This document shows positions 49,655 through 61,757 of a stretch of DNA of 64,000 bases, piece after piece. The DNA is from Adineta vaga (Eukaryota > Animalia > Rotifera): positions 558,001-622,000 of the forward strand of contig CP075494.1 of the NCBI GenBank assembly GCA_021613535.1. Direction: 5' to 3'. The notes under the pieces are model-generated. The model had not been told where the DNA came from and ran no database searches. It worked only from the letters and a program-made list of their open reading frames with translations. The translations under genes and the position numbers were made by a program. The stretch's first letter is position 1. The number at the start of each line of letters is the position of its first letter.

Positions 49655-51037
49655 ATGCCAAAAATTGTCGAAACTAATACTTCATTTGAAGATATTGATA
49701 CGAATCGGGACGGAAAGTAAGAATCAAGAATTTTCTGTTAAAATAATAAATTTATACATATATATATATATATGGATATAGTATTGATGAACATGAATTT
49801 CGAAATTGGGCTTCAAATACTGGAAGAATATCTTCTCCAACGTATGAAACATCAACTAGTGGCGTGTATCTTCGTAATACTAGTGGTAGCCGATTGAATC
49901 GAAACAATTATGAAACATCGGCAAGTGAAATTTACCTTAATGGTGAAAATATTAGACGATTGCAACAAAATACATATGATACACGCGGAAGTGTAACAGT
50001 AGCTGGTGATTTTACGAATGAATCGGTGATTGAAACACATAGTTTGGAAGAGACCAACAGATATCTTGAAAGATCGGTTGATATTTATAAGGATCGTAAT
50101 CCATTAGTTATTCAAAAAGCAGTAACGGACAAACCGATAACATATCAACAACGAGTCCTTGTTCGATATCTTCAACCGCCAGCTGTTCGACCACCAGGAG
50201 TAATCAAACAAAATATTTGTAAATACAATTTTACTAATGTTTATATAATTTTAGCCACTCGTGATTAAACAAGTGCGTGCACCTCAACCAGCACCACTTC
50301 CACCACTTACCATACGTCAATATATGCAAGCTGCTGTTGCACCACCTCCACTTATCTTACGTGAACGACCGCCCACACCACCACCAGCTATTCCTAGTGA
50401 AACAGGTTAACAAAACAACAAATTTAAATTACATATATATATATATCTATGAGATTAATCAATATATTTCATTTTATAGTTGTTCGTCAGGTACCCGCTC
50501 TGCCTCCTCCACCACGATCAGTTATTATCGAACGTTTTCCATCTGCTCCAGAAAAACCACGTAAAAAGAATTATATTCACTTTTGGTATTGTTGTTTTCT
50601 CACGATTTAGGTGATATTATCATTGAACGATGGCTTCCTTATGGACCTTTACCTGAACGTCGTACAATTGTTGAAGAGGCTTCGGGTGCTGCTGTAGCAT
50701 ATCCAGAACCACGGAATAAAATCATTGTTTATGAACGTGCTGAACCACATGTAGTTCGACAATTTCACAAAGAAGGTGTTGTCAGCGAAGATCCTGCCAA
50801 TTATGTAGCTCGCTACGGAGATTCACTTCTAGATTCAACAACACTTATCAAAATGGCTCGTAATGCTGGTGTTTTTGAAGATTTGGTAAATTTGTTTCCA
50901 TATAATGGTGAAAAATATCTAATGAATTGTTTTCCTAGTCTCCACCCGTAGTACCATATTCGAATATACGTGAAAGTACCAGCGATTATGAATTATCAAG
51001 TAGAAACAGATACGTACAGGGTAAGACTTGTTTGTAA
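49655..51037 (+). CDS. EF-hand plus Pro/Arg-rich protein, copy 3 (no TE insertions)
   Basis: Same exons as copy 1. Confidence 0.8.
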
Positions 51038-51512
51038 TTTCTATATCCTATTCTTCTCTAAAACTTCGTAATTTTGACACATTTATATCTGAAGAGGAAA
51101 ACATTGATTGAGGAGCGTACGAATAACTGTAGAGTCTAGTGTGCTCATACTGTAAAAGCTAAAACGACTTAGTTGAACATTACTTATCGCTTGTACTCAA
51201 TATTACAAGACTTTCACTCGATTTTATCTTATAATATTTTAAAATAGATAACCAATACATAAGCAGTAGATCGACTCGACGACATGGATTATTTGATTTC
51301 TCTCAATATGGTCTGCTTCCATCTGATTGTGAGTATATCAGTTTCATCATATATCATAGCTAGTGGTCTTGTTTGCTTGTTCACAATATTAGATACTCCT
51401 GGTATGAAATTTACTCGGAAATTCGTACGACCAAGTAAGTCCATTCATTTCATTTCTCCGGGTTGAACTGTATTAAATATATATAGCAAACTTCTCCTTT
51501 CCTTCATCAACA

Positions 51513-52122
51513 ATGTGGTCAATTAGAACTGCTAAATATAAGGAGCAAGTTACTGATGGTCAAATTACAAGTGTTACTGTAGAATTAATCGAAGACGGCG
51601 TAGTTATTCATTCTCGTACAGTGACCAAACAAGAGTACAAACGAGGTGAGGATAATCTATTCATAAGTCTATTACATATGTATGTAATCTTTTGTTTATT
51701 CATTCTATTGTAGCAAATGTTTCCTCATCAGTTCCGAAATTGGCATGGAATGAGTTCATACAAGTCTTGCAAGTATTCATGTTAGGCAATAATCAAGAAC
51801 GAGAATCCGATATTGCTCGCGCCTTCGACATTCTCGACCAAGGTAGAAGAGGCCTCTACAACCGAACAATCAGTCTGTCGGATGGTCTGATTTCACCTGA
51901 TGAATTACGAGCCTTTTTTTCAATCCTTACCGATGAAGTAATTTTTAGTTTAATTGAAAAGTTGAGTTTATTTTGTCTTTAATCATTGTTTTGTTTTAGT
52001 ATCGTGTTGATCTTTGTGTTTTTCTGGCTGACACAGATGGATCTGGTAAAATTAACTTGTCTGAATTTACTCGAATGGTGAAATCAGGATTGGCAAGAGA
52101 TATTATCTGCGAATGCATCTAA
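51513..52122 (+). CDS. Small EF-hand protein, copy 3
   Basis: Near-identical to 31471-32080. Confidence 0.85.
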
Positions 52123-52878
52123 TCGTCTGAATGGATTTGACGAGAACTTTTAAAATGCTTTTGAAGGGGATGCTTTTTTAATCTAGATTATAGAATAAAA
52201 TTTGGTGAAAAATTACAATGACTTTCATACGAAAAGAGAAAATAGCCTTAATCTTTCTCTGTCTGTTTTTATTGGCATTCAGTGGTGAATTGTCTTTAAC
52301 ATGTGTGTTGCATAGTATTCTACTTAGTTTTCACTTTTCAAACATAAAATAGACAATAATGAATGAAAAATTCAATAGAAGAGTATATAAAATAATTTTT
52401 CAGTTTCATTTAGTTCTTAGTTTCAATATTTATTATATTTGCATACGAACAAATTAAAGAATATCTTAGATAATTATGATGAGTACATGTTTTGCATACT
52501 AGAAAGCTGTTGAGACTAATAAAATTACAAATGCAATCATCAGGACATTTAGTCAAAATAGAAAATGCGATATGTACTTGACCAGAATTTAGTGTATCAA
52601 TATGACACATTGTATACACTGTAAAACAAATTGGTGTTTTACCGAATGTAGAAGATTTTACATTCTTCTATCGATCGATTTTAAGTTCGGGTTTCGGATA
52701 TTTGATCGCAATTGCGATAATTGTTCGATTGTAACTGATGGAAGTCAGAATGAAAGTAACATAATTAGTTAAGCTGTATATATAGGCGATTGATGATCAT
52801 TATCCTTATAATGAGCAGCAATATTCAATCAACACACTGCTATACAAAGGTGATTGTCGAAGTCACATACTACTACTA

Positions 52879-52896
52879 TCACCCACACCCATCCCA
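52879..52896 (-). repeat. Half or degenerate site S22
   Basis: TCACCCACACCCATCCCA, ~90 bp beyond the F-box gene stop. Confidence 0.5.
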
Positions 52897-52987
52897 GTTT
52901 AGGAATATCTTTTTTTTCTTTATTCGACATTACACACAAACAAAAAGTATTTTAAGATTATTTTTTTGATCATAGAAAAACGAAAGA

Positions 52988-54113
52988 TTAAAAATCCTCG
53001 TCATATTGAACACTGAATATTTTAAGGATTGCCGTCTTCAATAAATTGTTATTTAGAAAGAAATTTCGTGTTAAATTTCTATTTTCTTCTTCATCATCAC
53101 CATCAAAACGATCAATCCAGATTGTAATCTTTCTTAAATTCAATGGTACCGTTAAATTTGTTGTTGTCATCTATGATAAAAAAATTCAATAAGAGAAATA
53201 GTCGAAAAGTTATTTTCTCATATCTCGTATTTTATATTATTACCAATAGGTAGAAAATGTATCGAATTGATAAATAGATTTTTTAATTTTGGTAGACATG
53301 GTAATAAATCTATTATTAATGAATAATAACCTAGTGTTGGTGTCGACATAATATAATCATCATCATCACATAATTCTATGTATATAGAATTTGTTATAGA
53401 TATGTGTAGAAAAAGAACTAAACCTACCTCCGATAATAAGAGTTTCTAATTGACTTAACGATTCACCTCTTTTTGATAATTCTTCAAAATCTAAATGAAT
53501 ATCACCTAAAAATGAATTTCTACAATTATGACATCCACATTGATATGGTTCAAAATTTAAATATAAATATATTAATGATTTCATTTGAGATGATATTAGA
53601 TTGTTACATAATTCTATAAAAGATTCAATTTTTTAAAATAAAAGTAGATTTCTGATTCTTACTTTGTATTTTACCATCTTTATGTTTCGTACTAATTCCA
53701 TTTAGTAATTTTAATTGTCTTAAATTTTCATATAATTGTTCTGTTGTTTCAAATATTATAGAATATATAGTTTCAACTTTTATATTTGATAATATCATTG
53801 ATTTTATATTATATAATTTATCTTTGAATAAATCATCGTAGAATATTATACGAAGATTGTATTCATCATGAGTTGTAACTGATATTGGATAGTTTTGACT
53901 TGTTGTTATAAATTCATTCAAGTTCAAATAAAAGGTTAAGCGTTTTGTCTCTGATACTGCATCTAAGTTGATGTATAGTTTTGATTCATGCCGAATAAGT
54001 TGATGAAACCGTTGATTTAAGTTATAGAATAACTCATATACTTGCAAGAAATCGAGGTATGAAAAGCAGCGTAATATTAATTCATTCGGTAATTGTTCGA
54101 ATTTTGTAAGCAT
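52988..54113 (-). CDS. Spliced F-box protein (possibly degraded)
   Basis: MLTKFEQLPNELILRCFSYL F-box; later exons with LRR-like LSQLETLII and LNLRKITI. Confidence 0.65.
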
Positions 54114-54267
54114 TATTGAAAGAAGAAAAGCTTGGTTATGTTAATGAACAATGAATGATATGATATAAAAGAAAAAGATAGAATACGACTTTTAGCGCCC
54201 ATTGTAATGTATCAACATGATTGCCTGACCTTTTGCTCGCTTAGACATATGATGTCCGCTCTCATAG

Positions 54268-54330
54268 TGAGATGAGTTTGGGTAAAGATATTTATCTTTT
54301 CTTCACTGCACTTTCACTCTTTTTTTATTT
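54268..54330. repeat. Degenerate palindromic site S23
   Basis: TGAGATGAGTTTGGGTAAAGAT...CACTGCACTTTCACTCTTTTTTTATT, 50 bp beyond the FG-GAP stop. Confidence 0.4.
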
Positions 54331-54379
54331 CTGTGAAAATAAAACAAAATCATTCTGTTAACAGAGCGCATTTTTGAAA

Positions 54380-55995
54380 TCAATTACAATCTGCTAAGAA
54401 AACACCAACACTGTCTGAGCCAAAGTTCGTGACAATAAGATCCAATTTACCATCTGAATTGACATCAGCTACAGTGACGGAACGTGGCATAGAACTAGTT
54501 GCATAGGTCATTTGAGTAGCAAATGTGCCATCACCTTCGTTAAGTAGAATACCGACAGTATTTGAACCTAGATTTGCGACAACAATGTCAAGTTTATTGT
54601 CTCGATTAATGTCAGATACGAATATAGAAGATGGCTCAATATCAGTCCAATATGTGACTTGAGAAGCAAATGTACCATCACCTCTATTTAAAAAAATACC
54701 AACGTTAGTTGCACCACTATTTGCGACAATAATATCAAGATTTCCATCTTCATTAATGTCAGCTGCAACAACAGATTGTGGATCAGATCGTGAACCAGTT
54801 TTATAAATAACTTGATCAGCAAATGTACCATCACCTGTATTGAAAAGAACACCAACATTCTGTGTATAATAATTTGCGACAATAAGATCAAGATTTTTAT
54901 CATCATTGAGATCAGCTGCCACAACAGATAATGGCTGAGAAAGTGTATCATAAGTGACTTGTGATGCAAATGTACCGTTGCCTAAATTAATAAGAACACT
55001 TAGATTGTTTCCTGCACCATTGGTAACAACAATATCAAATTCTCCATCTCCATTGACATCAGCTACTGTAACAGAGTATGGCTCAGGACCAGTCTCATAT
55101 TTCACTGGTGAAATAAATGTACCATTGCCTGTGTTAAAGAAAACAGCAACGTTGTTTGAACCGGAATTTGCCACAATTAGATCAAGTTTGCCATCTCCAG
55201 AAATATCAGCTACGGCAACAGAATGTGGTGTAGTTCCACTTTCATAAGTCACTCGAGAAGCGAACATTCCATCGCCTTTATTGAAAAAAATGTCGATATT
55301 ATGTGAACCTTGATTTACAACAATCAGATCAATCATGCCATCATCATCCAAATCACCTGTTGCTACAAAATTTGGTCGATAACCAGTAGAATAGGCGATT
55401 TGTGGTGCAAATCCAATACATGGTGCTATTATTTTAAAAAAAACTACAATATTCAAAGCAATTGCCTGTGATATAACGATAATGTTTACCAGGTTTTTGA
55501 GTAATGGTTGTAGTTGAAACCATCGTTGTAGATGCAATTGTAATATTCGATGGTATCTCACTTGTTATCAATGGACAAATTGTTTCATCTATCATTGATA
55601 CTGGATAACAGACAGGAAGATCATTACATCGAGGATGTCGAACACAGATAGTATTAGGTTGAGTACATGAATTATCCAAAGAATTACATGGTGTTAATCT
55701 CGAACAAGTTGACCAGAGAAAAGCACAAACACCAACTTGAGAAGTATCTGTCATATGAAAACAACCACAAGCACTATTCAATGAACATCGATCATATTGA
55801 TTAACTTGTTTGCATATTTGAGATCTAATTTGTACTATATGATAAAAGAAATGAAATAATAAATATATTCAATAATATCAATATCAAACCTGAAAGACTA
55901 AAATTTAAAAGAAAAATTAATTAATATTAAGAGAATTGAAAATATATTTACTTGAGAAGAACAAAAATAAAACAAAATATATTCGTTTTATTCAT
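54380..55995 (-). CDS. Secreted protein: Cys-rich N-domain, Thr-rich linker and 7-bladed FG-GAP/VCBS propeller
   Basis: Signal-peptide exon from 55995; CGCFHM..VGVCAFLW.TC domain; regular ADVNxDGKLDLIVAN repeats. Confidence 0.88.
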
Positions 55996-56239
55996 ATTGT
56001 ATGTTTCAATAAAACAATGTCCTGAAAATATTTTTTCTTTTTATATGAAAAAAAAAGAATCCGAAGTAATCTCAAACGCAGATGGGTAGTATTTAAATGA
56101 AAATTTGATATTTGTCCGTATAATACCAATGTTATTGTTCTATTTTATAAAATAAATCAATAATAAGAAAAAGAAAAAACATTTGCATTGTCATCTTTAT
56201 ATTTTCGTGTTAGTGAGTGTCAAGAAAATTTTTTATTAA

Positions 56240-57382
56240 TCAAAACTTTTCAAATTTTTGAATTCGATAATTCCATTCATCAGCAACATAAAGATTTCTT
56301 TCATTATCAAATGTTAAACTAGTAAGACCATCTAATTGATGTGATTGATTTCCTCTTTCACGATCACCAACTATCAATTCACCTTCTGTAATTTCTTCAT
56401 TCCATCGTACAACTCGATGATTTCCCCAATCTGCAACATAAATTTGTCCCAAATGATCAACAACTAATCCTTCAGGAAAAGACAATTGTTTAAGACTCTT
56501 TCCTTTTTTATTTCCACCAGAAACAATAATACCTTCTTTGGCATCTTTTATCCATTTCATTACACAATTATTTTCTTTATCAGTTACATAAAGTGAATAA
56601 TTATTATCAATAAAAATAAATTTTAGTCTATTGAATTGATCAAGTTGATTTCCTTTTCCATTTCCTCCTGCTATTGTAATAGCATTTTGTTTCCATTTAG
56701 TATTATCTCGAATGTTAACAGAAGAAGAATATTTTCCTAAAAAAGATAAATCATCTATTCGATGTATCAAATTAGAAAAGATACGAATGTATTTAACATA
56801 CTTAGTTTCTGTGGTAAATCATTCAATTGATCTATCAACATTTGAACATCTTGACGAGAATTATTATAATTTCTTTGTACAATAATAAGAATTTCAGTTT
56901 TTTCTTTCAAATGTTTATTTCGATTATTGATTTTCATAGAAAAAGAATACTTATCAATATGATGATCACTAATATGAATAGAAATTGTGTTGTTCGTTTT
57001 AAGAGATATCTTTTTCTCTCAGATGCTGAAGAATGTTCTTCTATTATCACATTATTGTCTCATATGTTCTATATAAAATAAAAATAGATAAATAATGATG
57101 AGAAAGATTTCATCGTATATAGAAATAACCTCGGAGAATTTTAACAGCATCAGTACAATGAATTTCATCAAATGCATCGATAGGAAAAGTAAAATCTTGT
57201 TCATTTATTTTATCTTGATCAAAAAGAGATTACATTAAATTCAGTGTACCACAAAGTGATGAATCATCTCGAATTCGTCGTGGAACATCATCACCCAAAA
57301 AGAAATGTAATCGTTGTCGATCATTATCAGTAAGTAGATCTTGAGTTTTCAACATAATCGCTCGTAAATGATGAGAATCCAT
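56240..57382 (-). pseudogene. Death-effector-like domain plus NHL-repeat gene with premature stop
   Basis: MDSHHLRAIMLKTQDLLTDNDRQRLHFFLGDDVPRRI...; in-frame TAA at 57230-57232; downstream NHL exon KWKQNAITIAGGNGKG...LYVADEWNYRIQKF with fewer blades than a full propeller. Confidence 0.7.
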
Positions 57383-57877
57383 TATTATTTGTTCTTCTTT
57401 TCTGCGTGTTAAGGAGAAAATAGCATATTTTATTTAAATGATAAAGAATGCTGTGAAGGTAGAAAAATATCTTCTCGTAGAGAATGATCGAGACAAATAC
57501 AACAGTACGTGTACAGGGTTATAAGTGAAAAAGAAGCTTGTGCTTTATCGTCTTTATAGATAAGAAAGAAATAGCGAATATTCGATGGATTAAAAATTTA
57601 TTCCGTGTGAATACGTCGTATGTTCAAATTACTTGAGTAATAGTAAAATTTATTATTTGACAAAGTTGTTGGAAAACAGGTCACATACTTCACTAAACTG
57701 TATGACGGACATTATATGTGTTATAAATACTGATACAGCATATCTTAAATTTTCAATAAAAAGATCTTTAACTCCTTATATTGAAAATCGAAAGTAGATT
57801 TTAGTCAAATGAGAAAACGTAGAATCTTTGTTCACTCTCATAGGATAATTCCAGTCAAAAATTGATAATCTATTCCA

Positions 57878-58734
57878 TTAAACATCACAAATATTGTCTT
57901 TAGATTCTTTTGTAGCAAGAGGTTTTTCATCTCCATGATAATTTTTCACACTTGGTTCAATAATCTCATTGAGACAAGGTAACAAACAGCGATCATTCCA
58001 TATACAAATGCATACATAACTAACGCCTATAACATATTGTAGAAATACGGGAATGAAAACAAATCCTTCAGTAATATGTTCTTTGCTTTCACATCGGTAA
58101 CAGATTATAGAAAAACATACTATTGACGGCAAAGTAGTAAAAACGATAATTTGATTAACGAAAAACCAAATGATGCCAACTATAATGAGAGTATTGGAAC
58201 ACAAAACAATCAATTTGATAAAAAAACGCTGATTTTGTCGATAATGTGCCATGTTATCTCGTATCTTCCTAAAAAAAAAGAATACTCACTATTATTTTAA
58301 GCATACACATCGTTTGAACATAGAAAGTAGTAAATTAAAAAATAAGTTTGACAAGAAAAATCAAGGCATTCTTACCGAAACAAAACTGCCATCCATTGAA
58401 TCATAAGGATAGCAAATCCAAGAGAAGTTTGTTTAATCAGAGAAGAACCCTTTGTGCTTCCATAACTACAATCGCCAAAGTAGATTAATCCATATATGGT
58501 ATGAAAGTTAAAAGTGATGAATGAGACGAACAATAATAAATGATCTATCGTATAGTTCTTCTTCAATACATAAGATTTTGATTCAAATAATTGATTAGCT
58601 TTTCTAATTGAAAGGAACAAAAGACATGATAACCTCCATTCTTTCTTGTCGAGTATTTTCTTCACATAATTTCTATCTTCAATAGAAACAACTTGCTCGT
58701 TAGATACGTCTCTCTCTGATACTATAGTCGTCAT
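57878..58734 (-). CDS. Two-exon multi-pass membrane protein of unknown function
   Basis: ATG 58734, donor ~58375, acceptor ~58269; about 4 hydrophobic segments. Confidence 0.6.
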
Positions 58735-59335
58735 CGAAATTTTTGATAAAATAATTTTATATTTATGCAATCGAATATTTTCTTGACGATATTACGCTTC
58801 AATAATATGACGTCTCGTCTCGACTGAATGCATCGAAATATCACGATTATGATTGATTTCTTCGTACTATTTCGAAAGGCGATACCTGTATAGTATAGCC
58901 ATACATTTAGAAAAGAAAAAAACAAATACCATGTACAGCATATAATGTGATATAATTGATGCATGATATATTCGAAAATTAAAACTAATTATAAATAAAT
59001 GTGAAAACTTCGGATTTTATCCGAGAGCTATGTGTATTGTAATGGGTGTATGAGAAATATGAGTCACTCTCGAATGTCTGATCATTAAAATTATCGACAG
59101 TACTCTTTTTAATGAGCTTGATTTTTGATCACTTGTTTTTTAATAAATTTTCGTGTTTGGACTTATCGAAATGACGGTTATAAGCAACGAGAATACATCC
59201 TTTTCCGCAATCCTGCTGAATAGGATGACTACTCTTAGAATAAAGATAACATATCGAATACCAAGATCTAATAGAATAATAATTATTATTATAACGATGC
59301 GTATCATCATTTTTGATTCACGCCGTGCACGAGCC

Positions 59336-59406
59336 TCTTGAGGGTGTGAGTGCGGGTGTTGGTGATAAGCTAGTCTTCATTCCACACCTACACCCACATC
59401 CTCAAG
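59336..59406. repeat. Telomere-like palindromic site S24
   Basis: TCTTGAGGGTGTGAGTGCGGGTGTTGG-spacer-CCACACCTACACCCACATCCTCAAG. Confidence 0.9.
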
Positions 59407-59852
59407 TAACTATGGGCTAGCTTTTCGATAATAACAGGGAGCTTTGCAACTTTTCCTAATATGATCATAAACTTCTGTGTTTTCACAAGGATGCAAAACA
59501 TGTAGGTACAACAGCTACTGACAAAACTGATTATTTTACCTTAGATGAAATCTGTATACTTTTTATTATAGTGAACAAGTTGGACAGATAGTAAGATTCA
59601 ATAGAACTTCTTGTACATGTAAAAACAATGTTTTATGATCAGTTTTAAACAAGTGAATTTAATTTCCACAATGTGTGGTTTTTTTATTGAGTTAAAAGTT
59701 GATTTTGTTATTTGATTTTATTTATATTGTGTTTGGAATAAAAATTTAAGTAACGTAAAAGAAAGTATTATCTTTCTATTCAAATGAATCAGTCTTGAAA
59801 CTTATAAGAAAACAGAGCTATAGCATTCTTTCAATTAATCTATTCCCATAAG

Positions 59853-59918
59853 TTAAGGGTGTGGGTGTAGATGTAAGTAACGGTTCTACACCCATCCACC
59901 CACACCCACCCTCTAGAT
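59853..59918. repeat. Telomere-like palindromic site S25
   Basis: TTAAGGGTGTGGGTGTAGA-spacer-TCTACACCCATCCACCCACACCCACCCTCTAGAT. Confidence 0.9.
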
Positions 59919-60217
59919 GTCCACTACAAGGACATATGAAAACACGTCCACTTGATGTCGCTAGTTGAACACAACATTCAGATGGTGATAACGCTGTTTC
60001 ATTAATTAATCGACAGCATGTCTTCGAATATATTCCACATATTTGTCCAGGACAAAAAATATCAGTTGAGTTATTACATGATTCAAGTGTTCGTCTACAT
60101 GGCCTTTCCATACATTTCTCTCATCACAACAGATTCCACTATAACATTCTTTTGAAGACGTACAAGCTGATTGATCTCTTAAACAAATAGCTTTTAATAC
60201 AAGTTCATTAAGTCGAC
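59919..60217 (-). pseudogene. Cys-rich (knottin-like) coding fragment filling the interval between S25 and S26
   Basis: AICLRDQSACTSSKECYSGICCDER, then a frameshift, then CMERPCRRTLESCNN...CPGQICG...CC...ECC; no in-frame start codon, signal peptide or promoter room. Confidence 0.55.
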
Positions 60218-60277
60218 ATCTTGAGGGTGTGGGTGTGGGTGTTCATTTTATCATCAACTACGACCGCACCCACACCC
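60218..60277. repeat. Telomere-like palindromic site S26
   Basis: ATCTTGAGGGTGTGGGTGTGGGTG-spacer-CCGCACCCACACCC. Confidence 0.9.
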
Positions 60278-60449
60278 GGAAGTCCATCATATACATTCGG
60301 AAGTGCCGCACGAATATACCATGCCATGAACGAATGTCTGAAAGAGTTTTTCATAAAACTACTTCGTTGAGTCTCAAAATGATCCTCTGAGATTTTCCGG
60401 TTGAACTGCTCTTATGGGTATGAAACATACCTTGATAATCAAATGATCA

Positions 60450-60553
60450 ATCTTGACGGTGCGGGTGTGGTTGAATGTTTTTTCTGTACCCTCACCCTCA
60501 CCCACACCCACACCCACACCCACCCACACCCACCACACCCACACCCTCAAGAT
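60450..60553. repeat. Telomere-like palindromic site S27 with expanded C-rich arm
   Basis: ATCTTGACGGTGCGGGTGTGG-spacer-(ACCCTC)2(ACCCAC)n...ACCCTCAAGAT. Confidence 0.92.
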
Positions 60554-61031
60554 GGGCCACAAGCGGATACAATGCTTGCATAGATCCAAAAGGTTTGTTC
60601 CTCATATGGATACACTTGGAAAGGCTCTGGAATGGATGGTGTCACATGGCACCTCAGACTCGGTAACAGCAGTAAACGAAGACGAACTCATATGCTTTGC
60701 GCAATTTCCAGAAACTTATTAACTAAATTAGCAGTTTTTCAACACAATCCTAACACAAAATTAGTCTCTCAATGTCACGGCAACAAAAAAAAAAGAGTGA
60801 GAACAAGAGAGACATGAGAGGAGCATAAAAAAAGAGGAGAGGAATGCAGTGATGAAAGTAAAAATAAACAAAAATGAAGAAATGAGAAAAAAAGAGGATT
60901 ATAACACAGAGGGAGAAATAAACAAAATAACAGAAAATAGATATGATACTATACATTCCTTTCGCTCGTCTTGCTCTCTACTTGCTCTTCGCTCCATACA
61001 GAACAAAAATAAATAAATTCAACATTTTCAT

Positions 61032-61757
61032 ATGATACTGCGCATGATACACTGTACAATCATTATCACTCTAATCGAAACAAACGCAAGTACTGTAACA
61101 ATGTTCTTAAAGTGGTGGTATCTGATCCTCTTTTTAAACATGTATAACCCAACAAGCTCGTCTGATGCTCGGGATGTGTCTGACCTCGATCGAACCTTGC
61201 AAACAGCACTAGCTGCCGCACGACATAGAGAGAGAGTCAACTCACACCATGATGAAGAACAACTGATGAACGAGAACAAAAACCAGGGCTTGATCAACAC
61301 AATAGTAAATCATAACAACAAAATTAAAAATATCGAAAACAAATTTAATGTTATGATCAATAATTATGCTAACTCGAGTTATGTAAAAGAAGTACTTGAA
61401 AAAACAAAAGAAATTGAAAAACATGTAATTGGAGCACCTCGTCCTCATCTATCGTGGAGAGATTTCATGATTATGATTACAGCTGGAGTAATACTAGCCG
61501 CTATCCTTATCATGTCAATGAAGAAACTAGTGGGTCCGTGGATAGTGAACTACATTAGCTCAAAAACAAATGTTAGAACAATACAAAAAAACACGAGTAT
61601 AGACCGGCTGGTAAAGACTGGCTTGGAGAAGATCTCGGTAATTGAACTCAAACATGAAATGGAACAGCAAATTGCTACACAAAACGAGAAATTAAATAAT
61701 ATACTGGTTATGTTGCAGATGGAACAAAATAGAAACAAAGAGAACGAAATGCATTAG
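61032..61757 (+). CDS. Intronless coiled-coil/TM protein, possibly an accessory ORF of a retroelement
   Basis: 241 aa with two heptad-rich segments flanking a TM helix; purine- and pyrimidine-skewed flanks; poly(A) run at 62203-62227. Confidence 0.5.
   Translation: MILRMIHCTIIITLIETNASTVTMFLKWWYLILFLNMYNPTSSSDARDVSDLDRTLQTALAAARHRERVNSHHDEEQLMNENKNQGLINTIVNHNNKIKNIENKFNVMINNYANSSYVKEVLEKTKEIEKHVIGAPRPHLSWRDFMIMITAGVILAAILIMSMKKLVGPWIVNYISSKTNVRTIQKNTSIDRLVKTGLEKISVIELKHEMEQQIATQNEKLNNILVMLQMEQNRNKENEMH

Larger units (their letters stand above)
48726..52659 (+). repeat. Dispersed duplication unit, copy 3
   Basis: Homology to copy 1 through ...GGTGTTTTACCGAAT. Confidence 0.95.

Noticed and set aside
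993-60553. CRISPR interpretation of the repeat/spacer pattern
   Set aside because: Repeats are inverted pairs, dispersed at irregular 0.2-9 kb distances in a spliced eukaryotic genome, and no cas genes are present.
60374-60722. ORFs with PHPHP, THTHT or VWVGV runs
   Set aside because: These are translations of the telomere-like arm of S27, not genes.
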